From Candidatus Bipolaricaulia bacterium (GTDB lineage: Bacteria; Bipolaricaulota; Bipolaricaulia; JBHIAT01), in NCBI GenBank assembly GCA_046758705.1, contig JBHIAT010000027.1, forward strand, positions 1-29,161: a stretch of 29,161 nucleotides of DNA, in the 5' to 3' direction. Within the stretch, counting starts at the first letter, position 1; every line of letters begins with the position of its first letter. Made by a program: the position numbers and the translations under genes. This document shows, in pieces, positions 26,733-29,161 of this stretch. The notes under the pieces are model-generated. The model had not been told where the DNA came from and searched no databases. It saw only the letters and a list, made by a program, of their open reading frames with translations.

Positions 26733-27683
26733 ATGGCCAATAACGTTCCAAAGACCGGTGCCGTGATCGGAGCGGGCACGATGGGGCCGGGCGTAGCGGT
26801 GATGATGGCCCGGGCAGGTACTACGGTGCACCTGATGGATATCGATGAGCAGGTGATCGAGCGCGCCAGCGAGGTCGCCCAAGTGGCAGCCAACGCCCTG
26901 AAGGAGGCCGGAGAGCTGACCGCTGAAGGCGTTGAACAAGCGCTGGGAAGGATTCACCGGACCACCTCGTTGGAGGAAGCCGTCAGAGACGCGGAGTTCG
27001 TCGTTGAGGCGGTTCCTGAAAAGTTGGAGATCAAGCAACAGGTCTTTGCCGAGATGGAAGCACTCGTCTCGCCGGAGACGATTCTCGCCAGCAATACCTC
27101 GGGAATTCCCATATCCAAGCTCCAGGAAGGGCGCAGCCGTGCGGAGTTGATGGTGGGGATGCACTGGTCGAACCCACCGCACATCATCGCGGTCATCGAA
27201 GTGATCCGTGGCAAGCACACCTCAGATGCGACCGTGGAAGCCACCCGCGATTACATCAAAGCGATGAACCAAATCCCCGTCATCGAGGGGGAGATCCCCG
27301 GCTTCGTAGAGAACCGCATCCTCTACGCGATCATGCGGGAGGCGCTGCATTTGGTGGAGCAGGGCGTGGCTTCGGTCGAGGACATCGATGCTACCGTGCG
27401 CTGGGGCATCGGCATGAAACTGGCGGTCATCGGTCCGTTGGCACTGCTCGATGTCGCAGGCTTGGATATCTATCACAGCGTCGCCTCGTATCTAAACCGC
27501 GATCTGAGCTCGGAGACAGGCATCAGCAAAACCATCGAGGACCGGGTGAACCGAGGCGACCTTGGGCTCAAGACCGGCAAAGGCCTGTTCGAGTATGCCC
27601 CAGGGGAGATTCCCAAACTGATGCAGGCCAGAGTCGCTACGATGCTGAAGTTGAGGCAAACATTGATGGAAGCCGAGGTTTGA
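26733..27683 (+). CDS. 5-formyl-3-hydroxy-2-methylpyridine-4-carboxylate (FHMPC) dehydrogenase-like, 3-hydroxyacyl-CoA DH fold
   Basis: G.GTMGPG, TSGIPISKLQ, VGMHWSNPPHII, PGFVENR.LYA, WGIG.K.AVIGP.ALLD.AGLDIY match the FHMPC dehydrogenase as recalled. Confidence 0.85.
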   Translation: MANNVPKTGAVIGAGTMGPGVAVMMARAGTTVHLMDIDEQVIERASEVAQVAANALKEAGELTAEGVEQALGRIHRTTSLEEAVRDAEFVVEAVPEKLEIKQQVFAEMEALVSPETILASNTSGIPISKLQEGRSRAELMVGMHWSNPPHIIAVIEVIRGKHTSDATVEATRDYIKAMNQIPVIEGEIPGFVENRILYAIMREALHLVEQGVASVEDIDATVRWGIGMKLAVIGPLALLDVAGLDIYHSVASYLNRDLSSETGISKTIEDRVNRGDLGLKTGKGLFEYAPGEIPKLMQARVATMLKLRQTLMEAEV

Positions 27684-27690
27684 GCCTGAA

Positions 27691-28170
27691 ATGGAGTTTC
27701 ATAAGTCTACGGTCATCCGTGCACCCCATCAACGGGTGTGGGATTTCCTCTGGGATATCGAGCAGATGATAGAGTGCATTCCGGGGTGTCAGTCAGCCAC
27801 GACAGTGGAACCGGAGAAGAACTACCAGGCCGAGGTGGTCCAGAAGGTCGGTCCGTTTAGGGTGCAATTTCCACTGGACATCGCGATCAGGGAGAAGCAA
27901 GCGCCACACCACCTGGTGGCCGTTGCATCCGGCCGGGATTCTCGGGTCGAGTCGAGTGTCAACGTCGAACTCGACCTCCACCTGAAAGAAAAGACGAGCC
28001 AGGAGACGGAGCTGTCGTTCACCGCAAATGTCAACCTGTTGGGGAAGCTGGTCACGCTGGGACATGGCCTGATCCAGCGCAAAACGGATGAGATCATGAC
28101 CCAGTTTGCCAACGCGCTCAAGGAGCGACTCGAGGGAGGCGGGGAGGGGGACGCAGTTGAAGCCGTTTGA
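27691..28170 (+). CDS. coxG: CoxG/SRPBCC accessory protein of Mo-hydroxylases
   Basis: RVWDFLWD....CIPGC, KVGP, GKL..LG..LI motifs. Confidence 0.85.
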   Translation: MEFHKSTVIRAPHQRVWDFLWDIEQMIECIPGCQSATTVEPEKNYQAEVVQKVGPFRVQFPLDIAIREKQAPHHLVAVASGRDSRVESSVNVELDLHLKEKTSQETELSFTANVNLLGKLVTLGHGLIQRKTDEIMTQFANALKERLEGGGEGDAVEAV

Positions 28171-29020
28171 GATCCACGACGTGCGCTCGGCCGGTGAAGC
28201 GTCGGAGCTGTTAGCCCATTACGGCGAGACCGCTAAGCCCTACGCAGGTGGCACTGAACTGCTGTTGGTGATGAAGGCTGGGCTGCTGCACTATGACCAC
28301 TTGATCAACATCAAGACGATTCCGGGGTTGAATGCCATTCGCTACGCTGAAGACCAATCGATGTTGAAAATCGGGGCTTTGGCCACTCACCGTGACATCG
28401 AGCGATCTCCGGTGGTTCAGAAGCACCTGTCCCTACTGGCTGAACTGGAGCGCTCGATCGCCAACGTCCGTGTGCGCAACGTGGGTACGATAGGCGGAAA
28501 CTTATCTTTTGCCGAACCGCACTCCGACCCGGCTACCCTGTTCATGGCCCTGGGTGCTCAGTTAAAGCTCGGTAGCAGCCGGGGAGACCGTACGCTTCCC
28601 ATCGATGAATTTATCGTCGATGCCTATGAAACGGCTCTAAACCAGGACGAACTGTTGACCGAAATACAGATCCCTCTCCCCTCGACCAGGACGGGTGGAG
28701 GGTACCAGCGGTTCCAGTTTTATGAACGCCCGGCAGTGAGCGTTGCGGTATGGCTGACCTTGGATAGGGCGAGAGAAGGTATGGAAGAGGTGCGGATTAC
28801 GGTGGGTTGTGTTGAGCCGAAGCCGGTTCGGGCTATAGAGGCCGAGGCCATATTGCAAGGAAAGGCCATTGACGAAGCCCGTTCACTGATAGTGGAGGCG
28901 GGGAGAAAGGCAGCAGCAGCGATGCATCCGATCGATGATCTCAATGGGTCAGGGGAATATAAAAAACACCTGGTTGAGGTGTTTGTGACGCGAGCATTTC
29001 ACCAAGCTTACAGAATTTAG
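28157..29020 (+). CDS. Xanthine dehydrogenase-family FAD-binding (CoxM-like) subunit
   Basis: TTG start (LKPF) with GGAGG SD; AGGTEL, IGALATH, VRNVGTIGGN, DDLNGSGEYK motifs. Confidence 0.9.
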   Translation: MKPFEIHDVRSAGEASELLAHYGETAKPYAGGTELLLVMKAGLLHYDHLINIKTIPGLNAIRYAEDQSMLKIGALATHRDIERSPVVQKHLSLLAELERSIANVRVRNVGTIGGNLSFAEPHSDPATLFMALGAQLKLGSSRGDRTLPIDEFIVDAYETALNQDELLTEIQIPLPSTRTGGGYQRFQFYERPAVSVAVWLTLDRAREGMEEVRITVGCVEPKPVRAIEAEAILQGKAIDEARSLIVEAGRKAAAAMHPIDDLNGSGEYKKHLVEVFVTRAFHQAYRI

Positions 29021-29161
29021 GCCGAGAAAGCCTCCTGCTTTAGCAGAGAGGCCAATCGGCTCTAAGCCTGCAAGGGCTTGATAAGATGAAGATGAAACTT
29101 CACAAGGTCTACCGCTTTCAGATGCGACCCACAGCGCGACAAGCACATGGGTTGCATTGCT
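29021..29161 (+). mobile_element. Left end of a second IS200/IS605 (tnpB-first, IS1341-like) element, running off the window
   Basis: Hairpin GAAAGCCTCCTGCTTTAGCAGAGAGG immediately after TTTAG, followed by a TnpB-like N-terminus. Confidence 0.7.
29086..29161 (+). CDS. tnpB: TnpB N-terminus (partial)
   Basis: MKMKLHKVYRFQMRPTARQAHGLHC matches the K.Y.F...PT..Q pattern of TnpB. Confidence 0.65.
   Translation, partial: MKMKLHKVYRFQMRPTARQAHGLHC

Noticed and set aside
26733-27683. Fatty-acid beta-oxidation 3-hydroxyacyl-CoA dehydrogenase
   Set aside because: HWSNPPH and WGIG.K motifs plus context fit FHMPC dehydrogenase; no thiolase or CoA ligase nearby.
16929-29020. Aerobic CO dehydrogenase (coxLMG)
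   Set aside because: The large subunit lacks the AYxCSFR motif, and the context is pyridine catabolism.

Overview
Bacterial window with four blocks. (1) 1-5932, minus strand: the 5' part of a type 3 BREX locus (brxF, then a DUF6079 BrxC/PglY-type ATPase), followed by an ABC-type AAA ATPase and a DUF4276 gene whose C-terminus looks truncated. (2) 6010-9311: GC-richer housekeeping genes (histidine phosphatase, FUN14 protein, NUDIX hydrolase, two ECF ATPases without partner subunits). (3) 9312-11960: an internally deleted IS4/IS701-like transposase, a DUF1778/GNAT toxin-antitoxin pair with a tandemly duplicated promoter/operator, and a 5'-truncated IS110. (4) 12034-29020, plus strand: a ~17 kb catabolic cluster. 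It has recognisable vitamin B6 degradation enzymes (pyridoxamine-pyruvate aminotransferase, pyridoxal dehydrogenase-like SDR, 4-pyridoxolactonase, FHMPC dehydrogenase, a class II aldolase-fold decarboxylase candidate) and a BMP-family ABC transporter. Within this window it lacks the GMC oxidases, MHPC oxygenase and AAMS hydrolase of the known pathway. It instead carries a molybdenum hydroxylase (L, M, G subunits), a luciferase-like oxidoreductase, an M29-like metallohydrolase and a cupin, suggesting a variant B6 pathway. The cluster shows lesions: a GntR remnant, an IS200/IS605 inserted exactly between an RBS and its ATG, an ATA start codon, and a second IS605-type element at the right edge. 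Family assignments come from motif recognition and recall of characterised proteins, not from database searches.
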